Shown here in pieces: positions 26,655 to 41,087 of a stretch of DNA of 64,000 nt. The notes under the pieces were generated by a model, which made no database searches, was not told the origin of the DNA, and saw nothing but the letters and a program-made list of their open reading frames with translations. The position numbers were made by a program, and so were the translations under genes. The DNA is from Eledone cirrhosa (Eukaryota): assembly GCA_964016885.1 (NCBI GenBank), contig OZ024751.1, positions 42,408,001-42,472,000 of the forward strand, read 5' to 3'. Positions within the stretch are counted from its first letter, which is position 1, and every line of letters starts with the position of its first letter.

Positions 26655-27002
26655 ATCATCATCATTTCATCATTTCATTTTACGTCCACTTTTTCCCTGC
26701 TTGCAAGGGTGGGACGGGAACTGGTTCTAGCTTGATTTCTACAGCTGGATGCCCTTCCTAACACCAACCTCATTTAATGTGAGTGCTGGGTGCTTTTTTT
26801 GCCGTGGCACCTCCACGCCCACTTTACAGTGGAATGATATGGACCTCAGTCCCTATCATCTCATTTCTACAGCTGAGTAAACTGGAGCAATGTGAAATAA
26901 AGTGTCTTGCTCAAGGAAACAACACATCACACAGTCTGAGAATTGAACTCACAACCTTTCGATTGCAAGGCCAATGCTCTAACCACTAAGCCATGTGCCT
27001 CC
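26655..27002 (-). mobile_element. SINE family S1, full length
   Basis: Reverse complement of the 2375 copy. Confidence 0.9.
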
Positions 27003-27130
27003 ATATATATATATGCGGTGCCCCAGCATGGCCTCAGCTGGATGGCTGAAACAGGTAAAAGGGTAAAAGAGTAATATATATATATATATATATAGATATA
27101 TATATATGTATATATAAATGCATATATATA

Positions 27131-27398
27131 TTGTTATACTTTGGAGGGGGGTGGTCATGTTGCCAATAAGAAACATACGCACCAGTTGCTTTCACTTCAA
27201 TTTATTATAAATTAAATTTATAAATTTAGGAATTTATAAATTTCCGGTTGGTTGGTTGTGGAACCAACCAGACAATTGTTCATATATTGTCAAAGTTCTT
27301 TCGTCACACATTCTGTGACCTCTTCAGTGAAAGCAACTGGTGCGTGTGTTTCTTATTGGCAACATGACCCCCCACCCCCAAAGTATAACAATATCGGT
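27131..27398. mobile_element. Family I fold-back copy; hammerhead 27289-27330 on minus
   Basis: Arms 27131-27194 / 27328-27391; tca-CTGAAGA-g-gtcac-agaatgt-gtgac-GAAA-gaac-TT-tgac. Confidence 0.8.
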
Positions 27399-27441
27399 AT
27401 ATATATATATATACATACACACACACACATATATATATATG

Positions 27442-27500
<59 letters not shown>

Positions 27501-27855
27501 CCAAATATATACCCCATCCCACTACCCCTACTCCATCCCACCCCCATCTCCCACCAACACCACCCTTTCTCTGTAAAGTTATGTTGATACCACAACATCC
27601 AGTCCGAAATAAATGAGGTCGTGTAGGTGTCATGACAAAAAACACACAGTCCACGCTGTAATGTGGCCGTGTAGGTAACATGGTAAAAAGCTCCCAGTTC
27701 CACACTGTAAACGTGGTTGGTGTTAGGAAGGGCATCCAGCCATAGAAAACCTGCCAGATAGTTCTATATGAGCGAGACACGGTCACCCGACCAATCTTGC
27801 CTCAAGTAGGACAATTCCCGTCTAAACCCATGCTAGCGTGGAAGATAGACGTTAA

Positions 27856-28075
27856 CCCTTTAATGTTCAAACCGGCCAAAACCGGCCAGAATTCTCTACC
27901 TCTTTCTGTTGAAACTGGTTGTAACTGGTCACTCAAACTGATGTTAAGGTATTGTTCTCAAAATAAATACTTTCAAAATCTCATAGAGTTCATATTATAT
28001 GAGATAATTATGCGAGATAAAGCCTTTACCAGGAAAATATAATAGTATATATAGAGTAATGTGAATGCTAAAGGG
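27856..28075. mobile_element. piggyBac-like TTAA MITE inserted into an S3 3' tail
   Basis: gacg-TTAA|cccttta...taaaggg|TTAA-acgttgatgatg; removing it restores gacgttaaacgttgatg. Confidence 0.85.
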
Positions 28076-28761
28076 TTAAACGTTGATGATGATGATAATG
28101 CATACATATATATATATATATTATCATGTGTGTGTGGATGAAGTAATATGTTCATGCATGAATGGATATCTTTGTATGCAAGCATAAAACCAAACAAAAA
28201 ACAAAAAACCCCAAATAACCCACGTCATCTCTTTTATTTATGAGTGTTTGACAATAGTAAATGTTATGTTAGGTTAAATGTTATGTGTCAACAATGTAAA
28301 AGTTTGTTGTATGTGTGGGAATATATGTGTGTAAGTGGGTGTGTGTGTGAATTTATTTGTGTGCGTGGGAATGTATGTGTGTATGTGGGCATGTATGTGC
28401 GAATATATATGTGTGTATGTGAGTGCATGTGAATATATGTGTGCATGTGGGTGTATTGACGCATATATTAAAATGTGTCATGTTAGTAACAGAAGCATGG
28501 TCAAGCGTGGTTCACACATAATTCCCAATGCTCCTAGCTGTCTCTTCTAGTAAGCTAGTCTTGTCTACTAACCTTCTCTTCTAGTCTTATCTTCTAAGTC
28601 TGGTCTTCTAGTCTTCTAAGTCTTGTAGTCTTCTAGCTTTGTCTTCTAGTCTTCATGTCTTGTCTAGCCTTGAGTTCAAGTCTTCGGAGTCTTATCTTCT
28701 AGTCTCATACATTACACTGAATTGTAAATTCACCAGAAGACTTGAAACTAGAAGAGGTGAA

Positions 28762-29769
28762 CATACTTTACACTCATTTTGATATCAATTCTAGTATGGT
28801 ACAGTATGGACCTGTAACATACTTTACACTCATCTTGATATCAATTCTAGTATGGTACAGTATGGATCTGTAACATACTTTACACTCATCTTGATATCAA
28901 TTCCAGTATGGTACAGTATGGATCTGTAACATACTTTACACTCATCTTGATATCAATTCTAGTATAGTACAGTATGGATCTGTAACATACTTTACATTCA
29001 TCTTGATATCAATTCCAGTATGGTACAGTATGGATCTGTAACATACTTTACACTCATCTTGATATCAATTCTAGTATAGTACAGTATGGATCTGTAACAT
29101 ACTTTACACTCATCTTGATATCAATTCCAGTATGGTACAGTATGGACCTGTAACATACTTTACACTCATCTTGATATCAATTCTAGTATGGTACAGTATG
29201 GACCTGTAACATACTTTACACTCATCTTGATATCACTTCTAGTATGGTACAGTATGGATCTGTAACATACTTTACACTCATCTTGATATCAATTCTAGTA
29301 TGGTACAGTATGGATCTGTAACATACTTTACACTCATCTTGATATCAATTCTAGTATGGTACAGTATGGACCTGTAACATACTTTACATTCATCTTGATA
29401 TCAATTCTAGTATGGTACAGTATGGACCTGTAACATACTTTACATTCATCTTGATATCAATTCTAGTATGGTACAGTATGGACCTGTAACATACTTTACA
29501 TTCATCTTGATATCACTTCTAGTATGGTACAGTATGGATCTGTAACATACTTTACACTCATCTTGATATCACTTCTAGTATGGTACAGTATGGACCTGTA
29601 ACATACTTTACACTCATCTTGATATCACTTCTAGTATGGTACAGTATGGACCTGTAACATACTTTACCTTCATCTTGATATCAATTCCAGTATGGTACAG
29701 TATGGACCTGTAACATACTTTACACTCATCTTGATATCAATTCCAGTATGGTACAGTATGGACCTGTAA
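28762..29769. repeat. 56-bp minisatellite, about 18 copies
   Basis: Unit catactttacactcatcttgatatcaattctagtatggtacagtatggacctgtaa, head-to-tail with no spacers. Confidence 0.95.
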
Positions 29770-30247
29770 CTCCCGGTGAAGTCATAGGGGCTCCACATTG
29801 ACATATAGCATTTCTTGGGGCATTTTATTTTTGTTTGTTTTAAAAGCTGGCAGAGCACAACACAGCACATATACTCTCCAGGTTTGAACACAGCAGATTC
29901 TTCCAGAGAAGGATAGAGAGTGATAGAGAGAAGAGTTGAGAAAGAGACATAGAGGAAGAATCAACCTCAGTACTAGACTGGTACTTCATTTTATCGACCT
30001 TGAAAGGATGGAAGGCGAAGTTGACGTCGGCAGGATTTGAACCTAAAGAACTGAGAACCATAACAAATACCACAAAGCATTCCATCTGATGTTCTAATGG
30101 CTGTCAATTTGCTGGCTCATTCTAGTATATGTTTTATTTTTGGAAAGTTATACAAGAAGTGTCTATATTGCTGTTACTATATCGTGTTTGAATATTCACA
30201 GCACATATGATACTTGAATTTATTCTTAGTTTATAAATATCTTTTAA

Positions 30248-30482
30248 CCGCTTCATTACCATACTTCTAACGAATTATTCTATATTGGAATTGATTAAGA
30301 ATCCGGAGGAATATACTCAAAGTATTAATTATTTCATTAAGATGTAATTTCTAACATAACTTAACTAAAGGTCCTTTAATCAAATTATGTTGGAAGATTT
30401 TAATTTACATAGGAACCCTTTAAAATGGGTGTCTTTATTTTATAGATCCAGAGGTGGTTTAGACAGGGTGGTATCAAAAGGG
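30248..30482. mobile_element. Second TTAA MITE family (also 49916-50146)
   Basis: ttaa|cc...aaaaggg|ttaa; shared internal gaagattttaattta.ataggaaccctt.aaaatgggtg. Confidence 0.7.
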
Positions 30483-31414
30483 TTAATACAACTCAAGTGA
30501 GTTACAAGGTTGTACACTCAAGTTGTACACTCAAGTCATACTCTCACGTCGTACACTCAAGTCGTACACTCAAGTCATACACTCATGTTGTACACTCAAG
30601 TCATACTCTCACGTCATACACTCAAGTCGTACACTCAAGTCGTACACTCAAGTCATACTCTCACGTCATGGAGGAGAAGATCGTGGAGAGTGGGGGGGGG
30701 AGAAGAAGAAGGTTGAGGAGGAGGGGTAAGAGGAAGATGAAGACAGTGCTGCTGATGATCCTCTTGAGGAGGAGGAAGATGATAATGAAGAGGATGAGGA
30801 AGAGGATGAGGAAAAAGATGAGGAAGAAGATGATGGTGATGAAGATGATGATAACAATGATGATGATAACATCTGACGTATATTTAGAAAATTCAGGAAA
30901 AAAAAATCAAGTTTAATTAACGGAATCTTCTACTTGATTAACAAAATCTTTCTTGTCTTTTTTTTGTTCATCTTTTTTTCTGCTGTTTATGTTGTTGTTG
31001 TTGTTGTTTTTATTGTATCATATTGGATAATTACTTTAGTGCAAGTCACTAATTAAATCATTTTCTGTTCAACACTTCGCAGGTGGAACTCCACCACCTG
31101 AAAAACAAACAAACAAACAAACAAAACAAAAAGCCAAAAACAAAACAAAAAACAAAAACACAAAACAATAACTCCAATAAAAGTAAACAAACCCAAAAAA
31201 CAAACAAAACCTATTTTGTTCTCCAATGTATATTGTAGATGTTTAGTAAACAACAAACAGACGATATGGTGTGTAGGGAAGTTTACTGGTGTCTTTCTTG
31301 TATATATTTTTTTGTTTTTTAATTAAATTATCAATTAAATTATTAATTAAATTATCAATTAAAGAATATTGGTCCCTCTATCATTTCAGTTTTCTATATG
31401 TATCAATTGTTTCT

Positions 31415-32170
31415 TGGTTGGCTGGCTGGTTATTTGGTGGGATGTCTGGTTGGCTGGCTGGTTGTTTGGTGAGATGTCTGGTTGGCTGGCTGGCTGGTTG
31501 GTGGGATGTCTGGTTGGCTGGTTGGTGGGATGTCTGGTTGGTTGGTTGGTTGGTTGGTGGGATGTCTGGTTGGCTGGCTGGCTGGTTGTTTGGTGGGATG
31601 TCTGTTTGGCTGGTTGGTTGGTTGGTGGGATGTCTGGTTGGCTGGCTGATTGTTTGGTGGGATGTCTGTTTGGCTGCCTGGCTGGTTGGTGGGATGTCTG
31701 GTTGGCTGGCTGGCTGGTTGGTGGGATGTCTGGTTGGCTGGCTGGCTGGTTGGTGGGATGTCTGGTTGGCTGGTTGGTTGGTTGGTGGGATGTCTGGTTG
31801 GCTGGTTGGTTGGTTGATTGGTTGGTGGGATGGCTGGCTGGTTGGTTGGTGGAATGGTTGGCTGGTTGGTAGGTTGACCGGCTGGTTGGTTGGTTGGTGG
31901 ACTGGTTGGCTGGTGAGATGGCTGGTTGGTTGGTTGGTTAGTTTGCTGGCTGGTTGGTCGGTTGGTTGTTTGGTTGGTTGGCTGGTTAGTTAGTTGGTTG
32001 GTTGATTGGTTAGTTGGCTGGTCGGTTGGTTAGCTGGTTAGTTAGTTGGTTAGTTAGTTGGTTGGATGGTTGGATGGTTGGCTGGTTGATTGATTGGCTG
32101 GTTGGTTGATTGGTTTGTTGGCTGGTTGGTTGACTGGTTGACTGGTTGGTGGATTCGCTGGTTGGTTGGT
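31415..32170. repeat. (GGTT/GGCT)n with gggatgtct unit
   Basis: Direct reading. Confidence 0.95.
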
Positions 32171-32932
32171 ACAGCTTCCTTTTGCCAGCTAAGTCGACTG
32201 GAAGCAATGGAGGATATAATACAAACATTTATTTCCAATCACATCATAACCTAAAATTTCCGATAATTTAATGACCCAAAAAGAAAATATCGACAATAAT
32301 TTTTGAAAGGGTCTAATCAATAGAATCAATCAAATCCCTTTATTCCTTGAATCAATATATTATTTTATTGAACTTGATTAAATGAAAGTCAAGTTTAGCC
32401 CTGGCATGATTTAGACTGAAAAGAAGAAAGAAAATATTGGAGTATAATTACTGGAATATGAGATAATTTGTGACGGTTATTGAAAAATCCTTGACTGAAG
32501 TGAAAAGAAGCTTTTGCTGAACAAGAACTCAATTTTACTATTTTACTTTATATATTTAAAGTGGTTGTGTTGCTGACACAACAAAAAGCACCCAGTCCAC
32601 CTTGTAAAATGGTCATGTTGGTGATATGACAAAAAGCACCCAGTCCACCTTGTAAGGGGGTTATACTGGTGAGATGGCAAAAAGCACCCAGTCAACCCTC
32701 TAAAGTGGTAGTGCTGATAACAAGACAAAAAGCAGCCAGTCCACACTGTAAATATGGTTGTCCTTAGGAAGGGCATCCAGCTGTAGAAATCTAACCAGAA
32801 ATAGTCGTATATGAGTAAGGGATGGTCACCTGACCTAACTTGCTTCTAATGGGACAACCTGTCTAACCCATTCTAGTGTAGAAAATGGACATTAAATGGT
32901 GATGATGATATATATATGTATATATATATATA

Positions 32933-33075
32933 TAGGAAAAGAGTCAGGACCCTGACGGCTGAGCTCTGGCTGTTTCGACAGCTAGGTCTTTTCCTATTAC
33001 CCAATCTACTACCCAGTATTGAGTACTTTGGTGCGTTATGGTCCACCTGGTTTGTTACCACACTTCCTTTCTTAT
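32933..33075. mobile_element. Family A copy with deleted centre
   Basis: gaccctgacggctgagctc...tttcgac plus family A tail. Confidence 0.75.
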
Positions 33076-33087
33076 ATATATATATAT

Positions 33088-33495
33088 GTAGGAGGTGAGT
33101 TTTATTGTAGTACAATAAAGCAATGCAGATATCGGATAAGTAGTACTCTACAGTTTGTAGGACTGGAGTATAAATAATATATAAGATCAAAAGATGGTTA
33201 AAAGAGTTCCATGTATTTTATTATGCACATTTCAAAAACAAATATCATCATGCAATAACATTTGCGTTTTCGTCAGATAAAATAGGGAGACATGATATGA
33301 AGGTTAAAACAGTTTTAAATCAGCATATGATATGTTGATTTAAAACTGCACTATTCACAAGTGTTTTTTAACCTTCATATCATGTCTCCCTATTTTATCT
33401 GACGAAAATGCAAATGTTATTGCATGATGATATTTGTTTTTGAAATGTGCATAATAAAATACATGGAACTCTTTTAACCATCTTTTGATCTTATA
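33088..33495. mobile_element. Fold-back element family C (diverged); hammerhead 33393-33459 (+) and mirror
   Basis: ttttat-CTGACGA...GAAA-TGTGCA-TA-ataaaa in both arms. Confidence 0.88.
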
Positions 33496-33969
33496 TATAT
33501 AAAGTTTACCCTAAAATGGGAAAAATTAGCTAAAACCCAAAGCTTTTCCAGGAGCCAAAATTTCTGCAAATTGTGTAATCTTGAGATTTATTACATAATC
33601 ACACACAAGAAGAAACTGCTGAATAACAGAATTGAACGAACATTATTCTGCCGTCACAGAACTAAAACCCTTTTTTCCCACTACAAGCCGAATATTACAT
33701 AAAAGAGGGACATCCCCCAACTATATAAACCTTAATCTAGTTAGAAAAATATAAAAACAATCTCTTCTCAACATATATTAATAACCTTAAATTACCACAC
33801 TAATAATGGAAAGATATGCTGATGAGAATAGGTACAAATATGCGATAATGAATGTGTCTAAAAACGTCCATAAGTATGTATATATATGTGAAAATGTATA
33901 TAAATAAGTAAATATATATATATGTTTGATGTGTATAGTTAGATGTAAGTGTATTCATGTATTAAAGTG

Positions 33970-34018
<49 letters not shown>

Positions 34019-34709
34019 ATATGTGTATATGGATGTGTATGTATGTGTATGTGTGTACACATGGACTAGAGTATGTATGTATATATGTGTGTGTCTATAC
34101 GTGTGTATATAAAGATAAGTTGAGTATGAAAATGTATACACATGAGCGCGTATGTATGTACATGAATACATGTGTGTATATATATGTGTATGCATGTGTA
34201 TATATATGTAAGTATGAATATGTGAATTGTGAGTATATGTATTTTGTAGAGGTGTGCAAATATATTTGTTTGTGAATGCGTGGGTGAAAGGATACATACA
34301 CTTGAAAGAAAAATTTAAGTCTGAATGTTAATTAAGTGCAAACACAAAACCAACCACGCATATCTTTACTATCTCTAATCCTTCTATAGATTTAGAAAAA
34401 TAACCAATAATATATTCTATAAAAAATGTCAAAACAACAGATGGGAATCTAATTACTCACTGCCACCAAGAATTCTCACCTTCAACTATTCTTCTAACAA
34501 CTTCACCCCTCCCTCCTAATATTCTCTATAAAAACTAAATAGGTCCTCAGTAATATTATTCTGATGAAATGACAGTAAATAATAACATTGAAATATTGAA
34601 TGTCTGCATAACTAAAAGTTTGTAGATAGCAGCTGTTTTAGGTTATGTAACTGTTATAGAAACACGTGTCAATAAATTCCTTTCAACTAAACTGTATCCA
34701 TTCAAATCT

Positions 34710-34761
<52 letters not shown>

Positions 34762-34842
34762 CAAAATGGATGCAGTTTGGAACTAGCTGTTGAAATGGCA
34801 AGAGCTCAGCTGTTGGGGTTGTTGGGGTCCCTACTCTTTCAT

Positions 34843-34887
<45 letters not shown>

Positions 34888-35258
34888 TATATATGTATGT
34901 GTGTGTGTGTGCATGCATGTGTGCATGTGTGGCTACACACACACATACACACACCCACATATATATATATTTATATATATATATATATGTATATGTGCCT
35001 ACATATATAGACTTACATAAAAGCTAAATACCTCTGACCTAGTAGAAACATTCTACTTACTAATGGCCCCCAAATAGAGATGATTCACTAAAATAAACAT
35101 TAAAATAGAACATCAAAACTTTCTCTACATTCATCATTGCACACCTCCATTGTTTAACACACATGTTTCATATAATTCCACATGAGAGGAACTTTTAGTT
35201 GCTTTCATTATTCACTATTTAAGACAGTGGCGGGGGTTGGGAGTGATGGAGTGGAGGG

Positions 35259-36095
35259 TTGGCAGTGATTGGTGGAACATCGGACAGCATGCTTTGTGGC
35301 ATAGAGTTAACGTCTTTTTATGTTCTGAGTTCAAATCCTGCCAAAGTTAGCTTTGCCTTTCATCCCTGCGGGGGTTGATAAAATAAAGTACCAGTAATGT
35401 ACTGGGGTCTATTTAATCGACTTTCCCCTCACCTCAAATTGTTAGCCTTTTTGCCTAAATCAGAAATCATTATTAGTCAGATTGGCGGTGGATTGGCAGT
35501 ATCGGTAGAGGGTCGGACGCCATGCTTTGACGCATAGTTCCGTCCCTTTACGATCTGAGTTCAAATCCCGCCGAGGTTGACTTTGCCTTTCATCCTTACG
35601 GGGTCGATAAAATAAAGTACCAGTAATGCACTGAGTAATTGCTGGCCTTGTGCCTAAAGTAGAAACAATTATTAGTCAGATTGGCAGTATCAGTAGAGGT
35701 TCGGACTCCATGGTTTGCAGCATAGAGTTACGGCCCTTTAGGGTCTGAGTTCAAATCCTGCGGAGGTTAACTTTGCCTTTCATCCTGACGGGGTTGATAA
35801 AATAAAGTACCAGTAATGTACTGGAATAATTGCTGGCCTTGTGCCCCAAAAAAGAAACCATTATTAGTTGATAAAATAAAGTACCAGTAATGCACTGGAA
35901 TAATTGCTGGCCTTGTGCCCAAAAAAGAAACCATTATTAGTCGATAAAATAAAGTACCAGTAATGCACTGGGTAATTGCTGGCCTTGTGCCCCAAAAAGA
36001 AACCATTATTAGTTGATAAAATAAAGTACCAGTAATACATTGGGATCAATTTAATCAACTTTCCCCTCCCTACTAAACATTGTTGGCCTTGTACT
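35259..36095 (+). mobile_element. Head-to-tail cluster of three S2 SINEs followed by tandem copies of the ~72-bp 3' end
   Basis: Heads at about 35259, 35484, 35679; repeated gataaaataaagtaccagtaatgcactgg...aaaccattattagt. Confidence 0.85.
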
Positions 36096-36208
36096 TAACC
36101 ATTTAGCATTTAAACCGGCTGCATCCAGCCAGAATCCTCTCACCTCTTTCTGTTCAAACCAGCTGTAACTAGCCACTTATACTGATGTTAATGTATTGTT
36201 CTCAAAAT

Positions 36209-36393
36209 AAATAATTGTTTCTGCACAAGGCCAGCAAATACCCAGTGTATTACTGGTACTTATTTTATCGACCCCGTAAGGATGAAAGGTAAAGTTAACC
36301 TCGGTGGGATTTGAACTTAGAATGGCAAGGGCTGTAACTTTATGCGTCAAAGCATGGTGTCCGACCCTCTCCCGATACTGCCAATCCACCACC
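36209..36393 (-). mobile_element. S2 SINE adjoining a truncated TTAA MITE (36100-36208)
   Basis: Reverse complement of S2. Confidence 0.75.
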
Positions 36394-37429
36394 CCTCAAA
36401 ATAAATAATATCAAAATCTTATAGATTTGATAAAGAAAAAGAAAATAATATATATACTTTTCCTCTACTTTCCTCTTAGCCTCCTCCTGCACCTTTCTCA
36501 TTTTATGTATGTATGTATGTATGTATGTATGTATGTATATATATATGCATGTATGTATATATGCATGTATGTATGTATATATGTATGTATGTATATATGC
36601 ATGTATGTATATATGCATGTATGTATGTATGTATGTATGTATGTATGTATGTATGTATGTATGTATGTATGTATGTATGTATATATGCATGTGTGTATGT
36701 GTGTTTCTGTAGTTTATTAGATATTATTAAATGGGATTATAAAACATGTAAGTTTAGCCCAAAGGAAATCTTTGTTTCACCTTTTTCTTTTTAACACATA
36801 GAAGGTGTATGGCCTAGTGGTAAAGTTGTTGGACTTATGATCATAATGTCGTGAATTCAATTCCTGGACTGGGTTGTGTGTTGTGTTCTTGAGCAAAACA
36901 CTTCATTTCATGATGCTCCAGTATACTCAGCTGAAAATGAGTACCAGTAGTAGCTGGGGATTTAACCTTGCAATGGACTGGTGTCCTCTCCAGGAGGGAG
37001 TCTTGTACTTTTAGTTGCTTCAAGTCACGGAAACCGGGCTTGAGACATACTTTAGACTTTTTTTTTAGGTGCTGTGAGATCGGATGTGTCAATATTTACA
37101 GACATTCTTTAACCAACAGCACAAACAATTATTATCTTTGCCAGATTTCGTCTTGGGTTTCTCCAGACCATCCATTTATATTTTAATCTGGGTCCACTTT
37201 TTATATCAAATATTCATGTCCCCTTCTTATTAGCAAGGACTATCCCCTCTGTTTCCAAACTACTATTTCTAAATAGTTTAATCTGGGTCCTACTACCAAG
37301 GCCCAGGTCTCTGTTCCCCAAACTACTATGTCTAAACATCAACACTATCTCCGCCATCATCAGTTAGTATTTCATTATATCACATAAAAACAACCATCAA
37401 ACTATATATTGAGATGACCATGTTCAGTT

Positions 37430-38205
37430 GATGCTACCCCCCCCCCCCCCCCCTCCACCATTATCACACCACCACTATCATACTATGCTGATGATTATCA
37501 TTATCACCATCATAATCACCACCACTAATACCATCACACTCACCCCTGCCACAAACACTACCACCACCATCATCACACCACCGCCACCCTCACACCATCA
37601 TCACACCACCACCACCATCATCACACCAACACCATCACCACACCACCACCACCCTTATCACACCATACGAAGCGATTATCCCCCATCGACACACTTACAC
37701 TCGACACGAAATCTTTTTCTCACTATCATGACCACCACCACCACTACTACTACTACTACTAATGTTATTACTACTCCTCTTCGACTACTACTACTACTGC
37801 TACTACCACCACTACTACTACTATCACTAACACCACCACCACCACCAGCACTAGCACTACCACTACCACTAACACCACCACCACCACCAGCACTACTACT
37901 AGCACTAACACCACTATCACTAGCACTACTACTACCACCACCATCAACACCACCACCACTACTACTACCACCACCACTACTACTACCTCTAACACCACCA
38001 CCACTACTACTATTATTATTACTACTACTACTACTACCACCATCCCCGCCCAACTACTACTACTACTACTATCACCATCCCCGCCTAACTACTATTACTA
38101 CTACTATCACCATCCCCGCCCCAACTACTACTGTTACTATCACCATCCCCACCCCAACTACTACTACTAGTATCACCACCTCCACTCTCCCACTACTACT
38201 ACCAT
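37430..38205. repeat. (CAC/TAC)n low complexity
   Basis: Direct reading. Confidence 0.9.
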
Positions 38206-38888
38206 GTCAGAGTTCCATCCTCTTCCTGTTCCTCTCGCAACGTTTTATCGTTTACCACTGTCTCATGGCCAATGTGACTTTAACAACTACAAGTCCCCTC
38301 CCCTTCCTTCTTCCTCATCTCTACTCCCCCTCCTCTCGCTCACTCTCTGTTTAGTGTGCCATGTAGTTATCTCCCCTGTTTATAGTTTCTATTGTCGTTC
38401 AGTCAGTTAAAACATCACTCACAGTGAGTGCTAACCATTTTATATCTCTGTCTCTCACTTTCTGCATGGACTTCTCTTTTGCATTTTCTTTGACGGATTA
38501 GATACATATCTACTGCAGCATCGAACACGAACAAATCATAAACAACATTATCGAATCAAATATATGTATTTATATATATATATATAATTCAAAATTAAAA
38601 AAAAAAATAACGAGACAAACACAGAATACACACACATACATACATTCACACAATCACTAACATAAACTGACTTAACATATACACACGTTTTTTTTTTTTA
38701 CGCTTAAGCAATTTATCAAACAGCAAGATGGAAGAAAAAACTAATTAGCTAGTGACAAAACCACGGCTAAACTATCTGGCTTATTTTTAAAACTGTTTAG
38801 TAGTCATAGTAGTAGTCGAAGAAACATAAGTGAAATTTTTATCAAGACATCCCAACGTATTCTTTCTTCCCCTTTTTTTTTTATCTTC

Positions 38889-38925
38889 ATGACGTCATAA
38901 TGACGTCAGTGTAAATATGGCGGCC
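38889..38925 (+). promoter_or_regulatory. Probable core promoter: two CRE/ATF sites, TCAGT initiator, YY1-like motif over the ATG
   Basis: aTGACGTCAt-aa-TGACGTCAgt-gtaaatATGGCGGCC. Confidence 0.65.
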
Positions 38926-38933
38926 ATCGAGAG
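38917..38933 (+). CDS. Probable first coding exon of an unidentified host gene (M-A-A-I-E-[R/S]), phase-2 intron follows
   Basis: aatATGG start context; donor AG|GTAGGT at 38934; local CpG enrichment. Confidence 0.55.
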
Positions 38934-39255
38934 GTAGGTTCGCTCAGCTCTCTTTACATTTATTATATATTTATTAAAACGTGTTGTTGCTTAGCAGCTA
39001 TATATATATGTATATATATATATATATAAAAAATATATATATTGTTTATATTGGGAAAAAAGACAAACAAAAAGTACTTTTGCTTAAAAAAAAAATAAAA
39101 TGATCATAATAATATTATTAATTGCACAATGATACATCGATTTTGTTTCGTATAAATTTTCAGTTAAATCAATAGCTATATATATTATACACATATACTA
39201 TATATATATATATATATATGATTCTAAACTAAAAGAAATGTGATCTACACGCCCG

Positions 39256-39289
<34 letters not shown>

Positions 39290-40003
39290 TTTCTATAGCC
39301 CCAGGCCATACTCAAGTGCAGGCATGGTCAAAAGCATTGCTAGTTGTAACAAACCCGGTGTATATATCCGATATATATATATATATATATATATATCGGA
39401 TATATATATATATATATATATACATTCATACTATATATCAGAAACTACATTCATCTGTGTGTTTTCGTTTATAACATTAGTAGTGTGATTTGAGGTAGAT
39501 TTGACTATTTAAAAAATAAGTAGCAGCTTGCGGCTTCCATTTGTGCTCACACACATATATATATAATAGTTTAACGTCCGTTTTCCCTACTATATATATG
39601 TATATATATATATATATATATTGTAGAAAGTTCCCTAATACTTCGTAATAATGCCAGGTTTTGTATGCAAGGGCCCAGCTGATAATTAGTAGCATTATAA
39701 AAAATTGTTGCTTGTCATGCAGTTTAAATATATAAAAATATATATTTCCACTACAGTATTTACATAAGTAAACGATTCCATGTGTCAGTAAACTTTTCCT
39801 TAAGCATTAAAGTATTTTTTGTCGGTCGTATGAATGTGATTGTAGCCCGCTCTCTCTATATATATACTAATCTGTTGGCTTAAGAAGCATTGGGAAATAT
39901 GCGTATCTCAACGCAAATGGCCAGTATTATTATGATGGTCACTTGCGCTGGGACGTTTTGCCTTGTTTTATATAGTTGTCTTCTCTTTAATTTTCCTAAT
40001 TTC

Positions 40004-40038
<35 letters not shown>

Positions 40039-40459
40039 CTCTATTTGTACGTAGAGATAGCTACATAGGAGAGAATGTGATCGTCAAATAGCTTTATATA
40101 AAGCTCAATGTGTTTATGTAGGTAGTAGGTATGGCTGGAATCAAATAGTTTTAAACAAAACTCTTTCTTTGGTTTTATATATATAAAGTTTTCAATCTCT
40201 CTATCTCTCTTTATGTATGTATGTATGTATGTATGTATGTGTGTAATAAGTGATGTGTGTGTATGCGTAATTCAGAAGCGACATTGCTGTACAAGTATTG
40301 TTTGCATATATATCCAGCGACCAGTTTGTATTAAGACACGTTATTTCGTGAAATAAGACGTAATATGTTTCAGGACTCGCACTTGAAATCTTGTTGAGCT
40401 TGGCCTGAGTTCACTGGCCCTTTCAGTCATATCAGTGCCATTCTCTCTCTCTCTGTATG

Positions 40460-40513
<54 letters not shown>

Positions 40514-41087
40514 TTCATAGCGGACCAGTGCCGCCAATGATGGTTTCTGACTTGCTTCACAACGGGACAACGCGTCTAACCCATGCTACCGTTAAAAATG
40601 GACGTGTGATGGTGATGATGATATAATATAGTTAATTAAATATATTATAATTTGGTAGGGTCATGCTGCCATTGAAAACACACACACACACACACCAGTT
40701 GAGTTTCACTTCTGTTTATTATTACTTAACTAATCCATTGATCGGTAAGTCTAGTAACCAGGGAGTTAATTGTTAAGCAACCACCCGGTTACTAAACTAA
40801 TAAATGGATTAGTTAGCTAATTGAGTTTTGATTCCGGTACAAGACCAATTTCGAGGGAGGGGAAAGTCGAATAAATCAACCCCCAGTACATCACTGGTAC
40901 TTTATTTTATCTACCTCGTAAGGATGAAAGGCTTAAAGCTATGAATGATTTTAATTTTTGTGGTCCAACATAGGTATGTTGTAGATACTAAGATTACTGG
41001 ATATACAAACTGGGAAGTTTGTGTTTTGATAAATCAATAGTTTGCATAAAAGAACCCCTATGGTTCAGTAAGTCCAGTACTGGGTGT

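Noticed and set aside
28762-29769. Regular array resembling CRISPR
   Set aside because: Contiguous 56-bp units with no unique spacers, eukaryotic context, no cas genes.
30669-30870. Acidic Glu/Asp-rich coding stretch
   Set aside because: GAG/GAT low complexity next to a 13-bp tandem repeat; no convincing splice sites.
37428-38354. 308-aa Pro/Thr/Leu-rich ORF
   Set aside because: Trinucleotide low-complexity translation.
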